From Spirochaetaceae bacterium UBA1318 (GTDB lineage Bacteria; Spirochaetota; Spirochaetia; Treponematales; UBA1318): 64,000 nt of DNA. Below the pieces are notes generated by a model that did not search any database, was not told the origin of the DNA, and saw nothing but the letters and a program-made list of their open reading frames with translations. The translations under genes were made by a program, and so were the position numbers. Positions 53,568-64,000 of this stretch are shown here, piece after piece; position 1 is the stretch's first letter; each line of letters begins with the position of its first letter. The stretch covers positions 24,449-88,448 of the forward strand of contig DBTK01000094.1 in assembly GCA_002307015.1 (NCBI GenBank), given 5' to 3'.

Positions 53568-54338
53568 TTAGGTAAGCTGGATGATGCTGCGCGCTATCAG
53601 CTTGGCGACCTCGAATTTCCGCTCGGGGGGCAACTCCTTGTCCGGACGAAGGAAGCTTTCCCACCTGCCGAGGAACTCTTCGGGGAGTACGGGAAGCTCC
53701 TTTATCTGGGTATAGAACTTGCGGTGGGAGGGCTCGAATTTATGGTTGATCATGAAAAGGACCGTACACGCCTGTTTCATGAAACCGGAGGCCGAAACGA
53801 GGTAGAAAAAGCTGTCGCCCTGCATGACGGACTCGCCCAGATCGCTCAGGTAGTGCTCCATCTTGGCCTGGAAGGCCGATCGGAGCTGTCTCCAGAAGCT
53901 GTCGGGAAGGCCGGCAAGGTCCTTCCTCACCCCGTCGATCCAGGCGGATCGTTCGTACATCACGCTGCCCTTCATGATGCGATAGAAGGGATAGGTGCCG
54001 ATATCCTTGATGAGCCAGATGAAGTCCTTCCGTTTTTTCAGGAGTTCCTCGATGCCCTCGATGCTTTTGTACTCGATTCTCACGGGGATGTCGTCGATGA
54101 GAAAGCGGTCCTTGCTCTGGACGGCCGAGGTTTCGAACGCCTGAGCCTCGCCATAGAGCTTCTTGCGTGCGTCGAGTTCGGGAAGGATGCCGCGATAGTA
54201 GACGTCCAGGATGAGCGCGAAGTAGGGATCGAAAACCTCGGTTTCCGCGGCTTCGTTGATCGCGATCGTTTCGACGCATTCTATCTTTGAAAGCTTTTCA
54301 ACAAGGCTTTCAGCTGTTTTCCTGACTTTGGGCTTCAT
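53568..54338 (-). CDS. hypothetical protein (possibly nucleotidyltransferase-fold / DUF4037-like)
   Basis: 256 aa with an AAAGGA SD. The stop lies 1 nt before the lipoprotein gene start. The weak resemblance to NTase-associated helical proteins is a tentative call. Confidence 0.6.
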   Translation of the reverse strand: MKPKVRKTAESLVEKLSKIECVETIAINEAAETEVFDPYFALILDVYYRGILPELDARKKLYGEAQAFETSAVQSKDRFLIDDIPVRIEYKSIEGIEELLKKRKDFIWLIKDIGTYPFYRIMKGSVMYERSAWIDGVRKDLAGLPDSFWRQLRSAFQAKMEHYLSDLGESVMQGDSFFYLVSASGFMKQACTVLFMINHKFEPSHRKFYTQIKELPVLPEEFLGRWESFLRPDKELPPERKFEVAKLIARSIIQLT

Positions 54339-54439
54339 CGCTTCGATCCTTTGGAGTACTATTCTCTAGTCATGCTTGAGCGTATCGGTATCGATGCACT
54401 CTACCATGGAAAAACCGATTTGAAAAGAGGAATCGTAGC

Positions 54440-54931
54440 GTGGCAGATGGCGAGTTATACATCCTGGTCCTCGAGCCGCCCGGCAATATCCGCGCCGAAA
54501 TCGAAACGGTGAAAACGGGGCTTTTCAGGAGGTACGGAACCGCATCGGTCCGTTCCCTGCCGCCCGTCGTCATCCTGGACCGCTCTTCCACCGAACCGGA
54601 AGGAACCGCGCTGGACGAAGCGGCGAGGCGATGCTCGAGGGCTTTCTCAACCGCCGGATGGGCTTGCCATGGGGGCTCCCTCTACCTTCGCATCGAACCC
54701 TCGCCCATCGGGGCTGGCCCCGACCTGAGCGACGGCCTGCCCGGACCCTTTCCCGGAATCCTCGTCGCATCGGAATGGGGAAACGCGGAAGCCCTCGGCG
54801 AACCCCCGGTGTTTTCCTGGGGGTTGTCGAGGATCCAGGTGTACAGGGTGCTCGCCTCGGGAAATCCCTGGTGGAAAAACGTCGCGTGGGAACTCCGTGC
54901 CGAAAGGCCCACGCGCCGGAACCGGAATTGA
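54440..54931 (+). CDS. hypothetical protein
   Basis: GTG start 8 nt after an AGAGGAA SD. G/C-rich third codon positions, by eye. LYILVLEPPGNIRAEIETVK recalls the first strand of 2H/LigT-like proteins, but no HxT/S motifs are present. Confidence 0.45.
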   Translation: MADGELYILVLEPPGNIRAEIETVKTGLFRRYGTASVRSLPPVVILDRSSTEPEGTALDEAARRCSRAFSTAGWACHGGSLYLRIEPSPIGAGPDLSDGLPGPFPGILVASEWGNAEALGEPPVFSWGLSRIQVYRVLASGNPWWKNVAWELRAERPTRRNRN

Positions 54932-54993
54932 CGGCAAATCCGCAACGCCCCGCGAGTCGGTTCAGCCCCCATGCGATTGTGGATCGAAACGGG

Positions 54994-56247
54994 TCAATCG
55001 GCCACCACGAGATTCCGGCCCCCATCCTTCGCCCGGTAGAGGGCGCTGTCGGCGGCCTCGTTCAGCCTGACCGGATCGGAGATCTTCGGGTAAGCCGCGA
55101 TTCCGCAGCTGAAGGTCTGGATGAAGCAGCCGGCGTCGCAGACATGCTTGATGCGGCTGAAATCCTCACGGATCCCGTTCATGATGTCCATCGCGTCCTT
55201 GATCCCGGTATTGATGAGGATGACGCCGAATTCCTCTCCGCCGTACCGGCCGATGATGTCCGTCTTCCTCAGGCGTTCCTGCAGGAGCCGGGAGAGGCTT
55301 TTCAGCACCCGATCCCCGACGAGGTGGCCGTAGGTGTCGTTCACCGCCTTGAATTTATCCAGGTCGATCATCGCAAAGCAGAGGGATCCCTCGATGCGGT
55401 GGGCCCTCATCACCTCGTTCATCAGCCTTTCCTTGAGATGGGTGTGGTTGAGGAGGCCGGTCAGCGAATCGCGCTCCATGAAGTAGCGCATGCTCCTCGT
55501 CCTTTCGGCCCGAATCGAAACCGAGGTGATCAGGTGCTCGGGCTTGATCGGTTTCGTGAGGAAATCGTCGGCCCCCAGGCTGATCGCGGCAACCTGCTTG
55601 TCCCGGTTCGTCTCGACCGAGAGGTAGACGATCGGGATGGAAACGAAGGCCTCCTGCTGCCTGATGATGGCTGCGAGTTCGGGGCCCGAACAGTCGGGCA
55701 TGTACATGTCCATGAGGATAAGCTCGGGCTTCGCCTCGATGAGGACCTTGATCACCTGCTTGGGATCGAGGGCGACCGAGGTGATCATTCCGGCCTGCTG
55801 GAGGATGAAGGCGTAGTAGGCGACCTGCTCGGGATCGTCGTCGACGATCAGGATGTGGTAGGGCTTCTGGATCCGGGCTGAAACGAGCACGTCGATCTTT
55901 TCGACCATCCTCGTCACCTCGATCGGCGGGGAGAAAAACGCGTCGGCTCCGGCCCTGACGGCGGCCAGCCTTTCCCCGAAGTCGTCCCCGTTGGAGGCGT
56001 AGAAACAGCGGAGGAACCCGCCTCTCGTTTCCTTGATCGCCTTTAGGGTCCGGATTCCTTCGGCATCCTCGAGAAAGGGGGCGTCCACGATCAGGATCTG
56101 GGGCTCGTCGCCCACTCCCTGGGGAAGATCGGAAACCGCCTGGAGGGTTTCAGGGGCATAGCCGAAAAAGGCCAGCTGGTTCGCAACCTCGGTCATGACT
56201 CCGCTTGAATCGCCCAGTATGTAAATCTTTTTATTCTTCGCTTCCAT
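54994..56247 (-). CDS. PleD-like response regulator diguanylate cyclase (REC-REC-GGDEF)
   Basis: The second receiver is canonical (ILIVDDDP...LILMDMYMPDCSG). GGDEF domain with active site RYGGEEF and I-site RKTD five residues upstream. Confidence 0.92.
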   Translation of the reverse strand: MEAKNKKIYILGDSSGVMTEVANQLAFFGYAPETLQAVSDLPQGVGDEPQILIVDAPFLEDAEGIRTLKAIKETRGGFLRCFYASNGDDFGERLAAVRAGADAFFSPPIEVTRMVEKIDVLVSARIQKPYHILIVDDDPEQVAYYAFILQQAGMITSVALDPKQVIKVLIEAKPELILMDMYMPDCSGPELAAIIRQQEAFVSIPIVYLSVETNRDKQVAAISLGADDFLTKPIKPEHLITSVSIRAERTRSMRYFMERDSLTGLLNHTHLKERLMNEVMRAHRIEGSLCFAMIDLDKFKAVNDTYGHLVGDRVLKSLSRLLQERLRKTDIIGRYGGEEFGVILINTGIKDAMDIMNGIREDFSRIKHVCDAGCFIQTFSCGIAAYPKISDPVRLNEAADSALYRAKDGGRNLVVAD

Positions 56248-56284
56248 AATCCCGATTCTCCCCGTGATTCGATCGGCGTCTCTA

Positions 56285-56313
56285 ACTATACGGTGCGAAT
56301 CGGCTCATTTCAA
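56285..56313 (-). promoter_or_regulatory. sigma70-like promoter of the PleD-like gene
   Basis: Minus strand TTGAAA-17 nt-TATAGT. Leader of about 30 nt with GGGGAGA before ATG 56247. Confidence 0.45.
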
Positions 56314-56361
56314 GGGCATTAATCGGGGGAACGGATGCTGGCCCGGTTCCGCCGGAATCGA

Positions 56362-56391
56362 TTGAAACATCCCTTCCAAACGCGCTATAGT
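56362..56391 (+). promoter_or_regulatory. sigma70-like promoter abutting the start of the 319-aa hypothetical gene
   Basis: TTGAAA-18 nt-TATAGT, then GGGGAAA (7 nt) before ATG 56399. Confidence 0.4.
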
Positions 56392-56398
56392 GGGGAAA

Positions 56399-57349
56399 AT
56401 GGATCAGAGCGTAAACGAGATCAGGCTGGCCTATATCGACCCCGGCATCAACGACCTGCTCGCGGGAATCCCTGCCGATACCGCCCGTCCCCTGTTCAAG
56501 AAAAAGTTCAACCAGAACGAGGAGTTTTTCCTCTCCCTGCCCGAAGAGTTCTACGTTCCCCATTTCCCGATCCATCACGACGTTCGGGCTGACGTTCCCC
56601 GGGCCGATTACATCGCTTCCATGCGGGACCTCGTCGCCCAGCTCGTCGTGGCCCTGCCCGCCGAATTCGAGGGACTCTCCTATTTTTTCGATCCGGCCGA
56701 GGTTCTCAAACCCTGCTTCTACCGGATCTACCGCGTCCAGGACTCGCTCTTCCTCTACCTGATGAGGGTCGATCTCCTGTTCCGGGCGAGCCACGGCGAG
56801 GTGGTCCAGCCGGGAACCAACGACCTCACCCCCGTCTACCGCTCGCGGAACCTCTTCCTGGAGAGCGATCTCATCCCGATCGACGCCGTCATGGCCGAGA
56901 TGGGACGCACGAAAGGCTTCAAGGTCAGGCAGACGATATCCCAGACCTGGATCGGGGAAACCGGTCAGGGCTACATGGTCAGGGGAATCTGGATGGACAG
57001 CGAGCTGACCAAGTTCTTCTCCAAGCTTTTTCTCCCCGCAGGGAAGCGGACCTACCCCTTCTACCCCTTCTCCTGCAAGTACAAGACCGTGTGCATGACG
57101 GTGGCGGAGCCCGACGCCGAAACCCGGAAGCGCCTCCTGCCCTTCCTGCATCGGGCCGTGGAATTTCTCGTGCCCGAGATGGAAACCATCCAGAATGCCC
57201 TCAAAGGTAGGACCTTCGCCGAGGACATCGGCGAGTTCAGGGAGATCAAGGCGAGGGTCCCGGCGCTTTGGGACGATTTCATGAAAAACCTTGCGATAGC
57301 CCCCTATTTGAACGAAAACGGCCTCAAGGAGTACGACATTGAGTTCTAG
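56399..57349 (+). CDS. hypothetical protein
   Basis: ORF 56390..57349. ATG 56399 sits 7 nt after a TATAGT -10 box. No recognisable motif. Its 3' end overlaps the murD start. Confidence 0.65.
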   Translation: MDQSVNEIRLAYIDPGINDLLAGIPADTARPLFKKKFNQNEEFFLSLPEEFYVPHFPIHHDVRADVPRADYIASMRDLVAQLVVALPAEFEGLSYFFDPAEVLKPCFYRIYRVQDSLFLYLMRVDLLFRASHGEVVQPGTNDLTPVYRSRNLFLESDLIPIDAVMAEMGRTKGFKVRQTISQTWIGETGQGYMVRGIWMDSELTKFFSKLFLPAGKRTYPFYPFSCKYKTVCMTVAEPDAETRKRLLPFLHRAVEFLVPEMETIQNALKGRTFAEDIGEFREIKARVPALWDDFMKNLAIAPYLNENGLKEYDIEF

Positions 57350-58721
57350 AACCCTCTCTCTCGCCGACATACCCGGCCTCAAGGTCACCGTCATGGGCCT
57401 GGGCCTCAACGGGGGCGGTCTCGAATCGGCCCGCTTTTTCGCCTCCCACGGGGCTGAGGTCACCGTCACCGACCTCCGCGACGAAAAGGTCCTCCGTCCC
57501 TCCATGCTCGCCCTGGCGACGTGGCCGATCCGGTACGTCCTCGGCAGGCACGAGATGCCGGACTTCGCCGGCGCCGACATCGTCATCAAGAATCCGGCGG
57601 TCAAGCCGACCTCGCCCTACCTGAAAGCGGCGCGTCGGATCGAAAGCGACATCTCAGTTTTTCTCGGGTTGTCGGAGAGCCCGGTCATCGCCATAACCGG
57701 CAGCAAGGGGAAATCGACGACCGTCTCGGCCATCAAGCACGGCTTCGATTCGGCGGGGATGAAGAGCCTCCTCGGCGGGAACATCACCGTCTCACCCCTG
57801 TCCTTTCTCGGGGAGACCGGCCCCGACATTCCGGTGACCCTCGAGCTCTCATCATGGCAGCTGGCCGACCTCAAGGGCCTCGGGGTCCTGAAACCCCGGA
57901 TCTCGGCGATCACCTCGATCATGCCCGATCACCAAAACTACTACGGCTCGATGGAGGCCTACGTCGCCGACAAGAGGATCATCTACGCGGAACAGGGAAA
58001 GGGCGACTTCACCCTCTGCTCGAGGGACGACGGGTGGGGGCTTTCCTTCGCCTCGGAAACCCCCGCGAAGCCGGTCTTCTTCTCGGGAGCCACCCTGCCG
58101 GGGGGGATGGACGGGGCCTTCCTCGACGGCCGCGAAGGCTTTTTCCGCTCTGGCGCCTCGAAGGTCCCGATCGTGCCCTCCGAGCTCCTCGTTCCCGGCG
58201 GCCACCAGAAACGGAACCTCCTGGTGGCGGGCGCGGCGCTCTACCTCTACGGCGTGGCCCCGTCGGCAATCGCCCCCGCCATGGCCTCGTTTCCCGGGGT
58301 CGAGCATCGCCTCGAGTTCTTCGCCGAGCGGGACGGCGTCCGATGCTACAACGATTCGGCCGCGACCATTCCCGAAGCCGTCGCCGCCGCCATCGAAGCC
58401 TTCGACCGTCCCCTCGTCCTCATCACGGGAGGCACCGACAAGGACCTCGACTTTTCGCCCCTCTCGGCCCAGGTGGAAAAGCCGAAGGACATCATCCTCA
58501 TCGCGGGAAGCGGGACCGACAAGCTCATTCCGATACTCAGGTCGGCGGGCCGTCTTTTCCGCGGCCCCTTCGATTCCCTCGAAAAGGCGGTCGACGAGGC
58601 CTTCGCGTCGGCGAAGCCCGGGGACGCCATCCTGCTCTCTCCCGGCTGCACCTCGTTCGGCATGTTCCTGAACGAGTTCGACCGAGGGACGAAGTTCAAG
58701 AACCTCGTCCTTTCCCGCTAG
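57339..58721 (+). CDS. murD: UDP-N-acetylmuramoyl-L-alanine--D-glutamate ligase
   Basis: TTG start 7 nt after AAGGAG. N-terminal Rossmann VMGLGLNGGG and Mur ligase P-loop ITGSKGKSTT. Confidence 0.92.
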   Translation: MSSRTLSLADIPGLKVTVMGLGLNGGGLESARFFASHGAEVTVTDLRDEKVLRPSMLALATWPIRYVLGRHEMPDFAGADIVIKNPAVKPTSPYLKAARRIESDISVFLGLSESPVIAITGSKGKSTTVSAIKHGFDSAGMKSLLGGNITVSPLSFLGETGPDIPVTLELSSWQLADLKGLGVLKPRISAITSIMPDHQNYYGSMEAYVADKRIIYAEQGKGDFTLCSRDDGWGLSFASETPAKPVFFSGATLPGGMDGAFLDGREGFFRSGASKVPIVPSELLVPGGHQKRNLLVAGAALYLYGVAPSAIAPAMASFPGVEHRLEFFAERDGVRCYNDSAATIPEAVAAAIEAFDRPLVLITGGTDKDLDFSPLSAQVEKPKDIILIAGSGTDKLIPILRSAGRLFRGPFDSLEKAVDEAFASAKPGDAILLSPGCTSFGMFLNEFDRGTKFKNLVLSR

Positions 58722-58763
58722 AGGGCTGCTGCAATACTCGAAGCATCTCAACAGACTGCGGGC

Positions 58764-59411
58764 TCAGACGGCCCCGGGAACCGGAAAGGCGTCGCATTCG
58801 GCCGCGATGGGGCAGGAAAGGCAGCGTGGCTTTCGGGCGAAGCAGGCTTCCCGTCCGTGGCGGTTGAGAAGGTCCGAGCATTCCGTCCATCTCCCCTTCG
58901 GAAGGGCCGCGGCGACGTCCCGCTCGACGAGAATCGGGTTCAGTCCGTTTTTCCCCTTCGCGGTGAGGCCGAGGCGCCATGCCACGCGGGCGAAATGAGT
59001 GTCGACGATGATGGCCTGGCCCCCGAAGCACCGCGCGAGGAGAACCCCGGCCGACTTCCTCCCGACCCCGGGGAGGCTCGTGAGGTCCTCCATCGTTCCG
59101 GGAACCTTCCCGCCGAAGCGCTCGACGATGATCGCCGCCGCCTCCCTGATATGCCTCGCCTTCGTTCGGTAGAACCCGGTCCGAAACACGAGGGCTTCCA
59201 GCTCCGCCGGCGAGGCGTTTGCGAGGGCCGCGGGGTCGGGATAGGCCGAGAACAGGGCCGGGGTCACCTCGTTGACGCAGGCGTCCGTGCACTGGGCCGA
59301 GAGGACCACGGCGACGAGAAGCTGGAAGGGGGTTTCGTAGTCGAGGAAGGATTTCCGTTCGGGGTAGAGACGGGAAAGCGTGTCGAGCGCCCTTTCGAGA
59401 CTGCCCCTCAC
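58764..59411 (-). CDS. nth: endonuclease III
   Basis: HhH-GPD motif LTSLPGVGRKSAGVLL and C-terminal 4Fe-4S cluster loop CFARKPRCLSCPIAAEC. GTG start. Confidence 0.93.
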   Translation of the reverse strand: MRGSLERALDTLSRLYPERKSFLDYETPFQLLVAVVLSAQCTDACVNEVTPALFSAYPDPAALANASPAELEALVFRTGFYRTKARHIREAAAIIVERFGGKVPGTMEDLTSLPGVGRKSAGVLLARCFGGQAIIVDTHFARVAWRLGLTAKGKNGLNPILVERDVAAALPKGRWTECSDLLNRHGREACFARKPRCLSCPIAAECDAFPVPGAV

Positions 59412-59420
59412 CCGTTCACC

Positions 59421-60131
59421 CTAGAAAAGGACGATGAGATCGACCCGGCGGTTGAAGGACCTGCCCTCGGCGGTCGAGTTCGATTTTTCCGGCTTCGCGC
59501 TGCCGTTCGCGACGGCTATCATCCGCTTCCCGTCGACCCCGATCATCTGGAGGTACTTGAGCACGTTGAGCGACCTTGAGGCCGAAAGGTCCCAGTTGAG
59601 GTCGGTCTGATCGGTACCGTAGTTGGCCGTATCGTCGGTATTCCCCTCGATCCTGACCTTGTTGTCGATCTCGCTCAGCATGTCGGCGATCTTGGCGAGG
59701 GCCGGAGCCGCGTCGTAGGAAAGCTCGGCGCTCCCGGTCTTGAAGAACACGTCCGAGAAGAGGGTTATCTTGACCCCGTCGGCGTATTCGCCCACCGCCA
59801 TCTCGTTTCCCTTGATGAAGTCCTTGAGGAAAACCTGGGTCCGCTTGATCAGTTCCTGCCGCTTGAGCCTCGGCACCGTGATCTTGGTCGCGCCGCTTTC
59901 AAGAATGCCCTTCGCGCCGGGGGACATCCCCTCGTAGAGGCCGAAATTGCCGCTCGAGAAAACCTCCTCGAGGGCCTGGGAGAGTTCCTGATACTTGGTC
60001 GGGTTGACGTTGCTCATGGAGTAGAGAACGATGAAGAAGAGCATGAGCAGCGTGATCATGTCAGAATAGGTAAGGAGCCAGCGCTCGGAGTTCTCTTTCT
60101 CGGGCTCTTCCGGCTTGTGCTTTTTGGCCAC
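59421..60131 (-). CDS. motB: flagellar motor stator protein MotB
   Basis: WLLTYSDMITLLMLFF carries the conserved Asp in the TM plug region. C-terminal OmpA-like domain (NWDLSASRSLNVLKYL...NRRVDLIV). Confidence 0.9.
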   Translation of the reverse strand: MAKKHKPEEPEKENSERWLLTYSDMITLLMLFFIVLYSMSNVNPTKYQELSQALEEVFSSGNFGLYEGMSPGAKGILESGATKITVPRLKRQELIKRTQVFLKDFIKGNEMAVGEYADGVKITLFSDVFFKTGSAELSYDAAPALAKIADMLSEIDNKVRIEGNTDDTANYGTDQTDLNWDLSASRSLNVLKYLQMIGVDGKRMIAVANGSAKPEKSNSTAEGRSFNRRVDLIVLF

Positions 60132-60889
60132 TACCGGGCCTCCAGCAGGTACCCTTCAAGCTTCTGCTTGACGATGGTCGGGGATTCCCCGTGCTGGATG
60201 GAAAGGATGCCGGTAACGACCATCTTGCGGGCCTGGATCTCATACTTGAGCTTGTTCTTCAGTTTGACGCCGACGGGAAGCCAGATGAGGTTTGCGAAGC
60301 CGATCCCATAGAGGGTGGCGATGAAGGCCGCCGCGATCGAGTGGCCGAGTTCGGAGGCGTCTCCGCCGAGGTTTCCGAGGACGAGGACGAGGCCGGTAAC
60401 CGTACCGATGATGCCCATCGTCGGGGAGTAGCCGCCCGCCGCCTCGAAAAAGGCGACAACATGCTTCTGCTTCATCTCGAAAAGCGAGATGTCGTTCTCG
60501 AGCATCTCCTCGATCGTGTCGGATTCGACGCCGTCGATGACGAGCTTCAGGCCCTTTTTCAGAAAGGGGTCTTCGAGTTCCTCGACGATCTCTTCGAGGT
60601 TGAGCAGCCCTTCCTTCCTGGCCTTTTCGGCGAGTTCCGTGATCTTGTCGGCCATCTCGGCCGAGGGCATCTGGGCGGCCACGAGGGCCTGGCTGAAGTA
60701 CTTGCCGACGCTGGTGACGTCCTTGACCGAAAACGAGATCATCAGGGCGCCGAAGGTTCCGCCGATGATGATGACCAGGGCGCTCAACCCGATCAGCGAG
60801 GCGGGATTCCCCTTCTCCATGATGAAGCCCATGAGAATGCCGCCGAAACCGACTCCCATGCCTATGACGAGCGAAAGATCCTTTTTCAT
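60131..60889 (-). CDS. motA: flagellar motor stator protein MotA
   Basis: MotA/TolQ/ExbB channel family (GGYSPTMGIIGTVTGLV...AFIATLYGIGFANLIWLP). The stop overlaps the motB start. Confidence 0.9.
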   Translation of the reverse strand: MKKDLSLVIGMGVGFGGILMGFIMEKGNPASLIGLSALVIIIGGTFGALMISFSVKDVTSVGKYFSQALVAAQMPSAEMADKITELAEKARKEGLLNLEEIVEELEDPFLKKGLKLVIDGVESDTIEEMLENDISLFEMKQKHVVAFFEAAGGYSPTMGIIGTVTGLVLVLGNLGGDASELGHSIAAAFIATLYGIGFANLIWLPVGVKLKNKLKYEIQARKMVVTGILSIQHGESPTIVKQKLEGYLLEAR

Positions 60890-60928
60890 ACAGAATTCCC
60901 CACTTACTCTTTTATATTATATCGGCGT

Positions 60929-61339
60929 TCAGGGGGTAGAACCTTTCGCTATTTTCAAACGAGTTTCGGCGCGCAGCAAGGCGGCCTTGGCGCGGTGGGC
61001 TTCCCAGACGACCGTCGTGTCCTTGAGCCTTTCGAGGGCGCGGGCGCGCGACCGTTCGGCCCTGGCCACGTCGATTTCCTCGGGCCATTCGGCCGCGCCG
61101 ACGAGCATGGTGACCCGTTCGTGCACGACCTCGAGGATGCCGTCGGAAACGGCGGCGTTTTTCCATTTACCGCCGATTTTCACCTTGATGGGGCCGATCA
61201 CGATCGGTGCGGCTACGGGCTCGTGATCCGGAAGGATGCCCAGTTCCCCGTCGATCGTGTTCACGATGATCATCTCGGAGGCTGTCCCGACGAAAACGCG
61301 GTAGGGAGTGATGATTTCAAGGTTGAAGGTAGGTTCCAT
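60929..61339 (-). CDS. atpC: F0F1 ATP synthase subunit epsilon
   Basis: 136 aa. LEIITPYRVFVGTASEMIIVNTIDGELGILPDHEP is typical of epsilon. Follows atpD. Confidence 0.9.
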   Translation of the reverse strand: MEPTFNLEIITPYRVFVGTASEMIIVNTIDGELGILPDHEPVAAPIVIGPIKVKIGGKWKNAAVSDGILEVVHERVTMLVGAAEWPEEIDVARAERSRARALERLKDTTVVWEAHRAKAALLRAETRLKIAKGSTP

Positions 61340-61347
61340 ACGCCGCC

Positions 61348-63628
<2,281 letters not shown>

Positions 63629-63656
63629 GCGGAGCCTCCCATGGATAGCCTGCCCA

Positions 63657-64000
63657 TCAGTCCCAGCTCTCTTTGAAATCGACGATGGCGGTCAAAAGCA
63701 GGATGTCGGTTGCCTCGTCGATGATGCCGGCCTTGTTGATGGCTTCCTCGATCATCGGACCGTTCAGGTCGAGGTAGTCGAGCAGGGCCGCCAGGAACTC
63801 CCTGATTCGGGCGGTCGGAATGTCGACCAGGAACTGGTTCGCCGCCGTGAAGAGCATGATGACCTGCTTCCCCATCGAATAGGGCCTGTACTGGGGCTGC
63901 TTCAGGACCTCCATCAGCCTCTCGCCGTTGGCGAGCTTTTCCTGGGTCGCCTTGTCGAGGTCCGAACCGAAGGAGGCGAAGGCCGAAAGCTCCCGGTATT
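63657..64000 (-). CDS. atpA: F0F1 ATP synthase subunit alpha, N-terminal part outside the window
   Basis: The C-terminal alpha-subunit sequence (...GSDLDKATQEKLANGERLMEVLKQPQYRPYSMGKQVIMLF...) stays open to the window end. Confidence 0.9.
   Translation of the reverse strand, partial: YRELSAFASFGSDLDKATQEKLANGERLMEVLKQPQYRPYSMGKQVIMLFTAANQFLVDIPTARIREFLAALLDYLDLNGPMIEEAINKAGIIDEATDILLLTAIVDFKESWD

Overview
GC-rich bacterial chromosomal segment with about 56 protein-coding genes. I saw no rRNA, tRNA, CRISPR array, transposase, integrase or phage genes. Most genes are core functions. They include a sugar ABC transporter (two permeases plus a binding protein cut by the window edge), a complete SUF Fe-S operon (DUF59-sufC-sufB-sufD-sufS-sufU) followed by a hypoxanthine-DNA glycosylase, and ROK and HTH-EIIA regulators. 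Also present are a CopZ-like metal-binding protein, an M23 peptidase, PBP1A, SMC, a two-subunit 2-oxoacid:ferredoxin oxidoreductase, DinB, MutL, MutS2, RsgA, MurI, MurD, Nth, a PleD-like diguanylate cyclase, MotAB, and the distal part of an F1 ATP synthase operon (atpA partial, atpG, atpD, atpC). Several lipoproteins with Ser/Ala-Cys lipoboxes, three TPR proteins and MotAB suggest a diderm, possibly spirochaete-like organism; this is inference only. Items worth a second look: (1) a translationally coupled cassette of a TM-TPR-Mrr-like protein, a metallophosphoesterase and a ParB/Srx-like protein (42951-45915). (2) A 1,662-aa secreted protein with a C-terminal beta-barrel signal, divergent from a DUF503 plus two-lipoprotein operon. 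(3) A compact candidate sRNA with a C-rich anti-Shine-Dalgarno-like loop and a textbook intrinsic terminator (15079-15201). (4) A recurrent pattern in which a sigma70-like -35/-10 pair ends 6-8 nt before the start codon of eight operon-leading genes, suggesting leaderless mRNAs. (5) A ten-unit heptanucleotide array that forms a G-quadruplex motif and a TGA ladder on the minus strand just after a lipoprotein gene. (6) An HTH-EIIA fusion regulator. Many long ORFs in the track are antisense or out-of-frame shadows typical of GC-rich DNA and were rejected. All function calls rest on motif and family recognition by eye; no searches were run.
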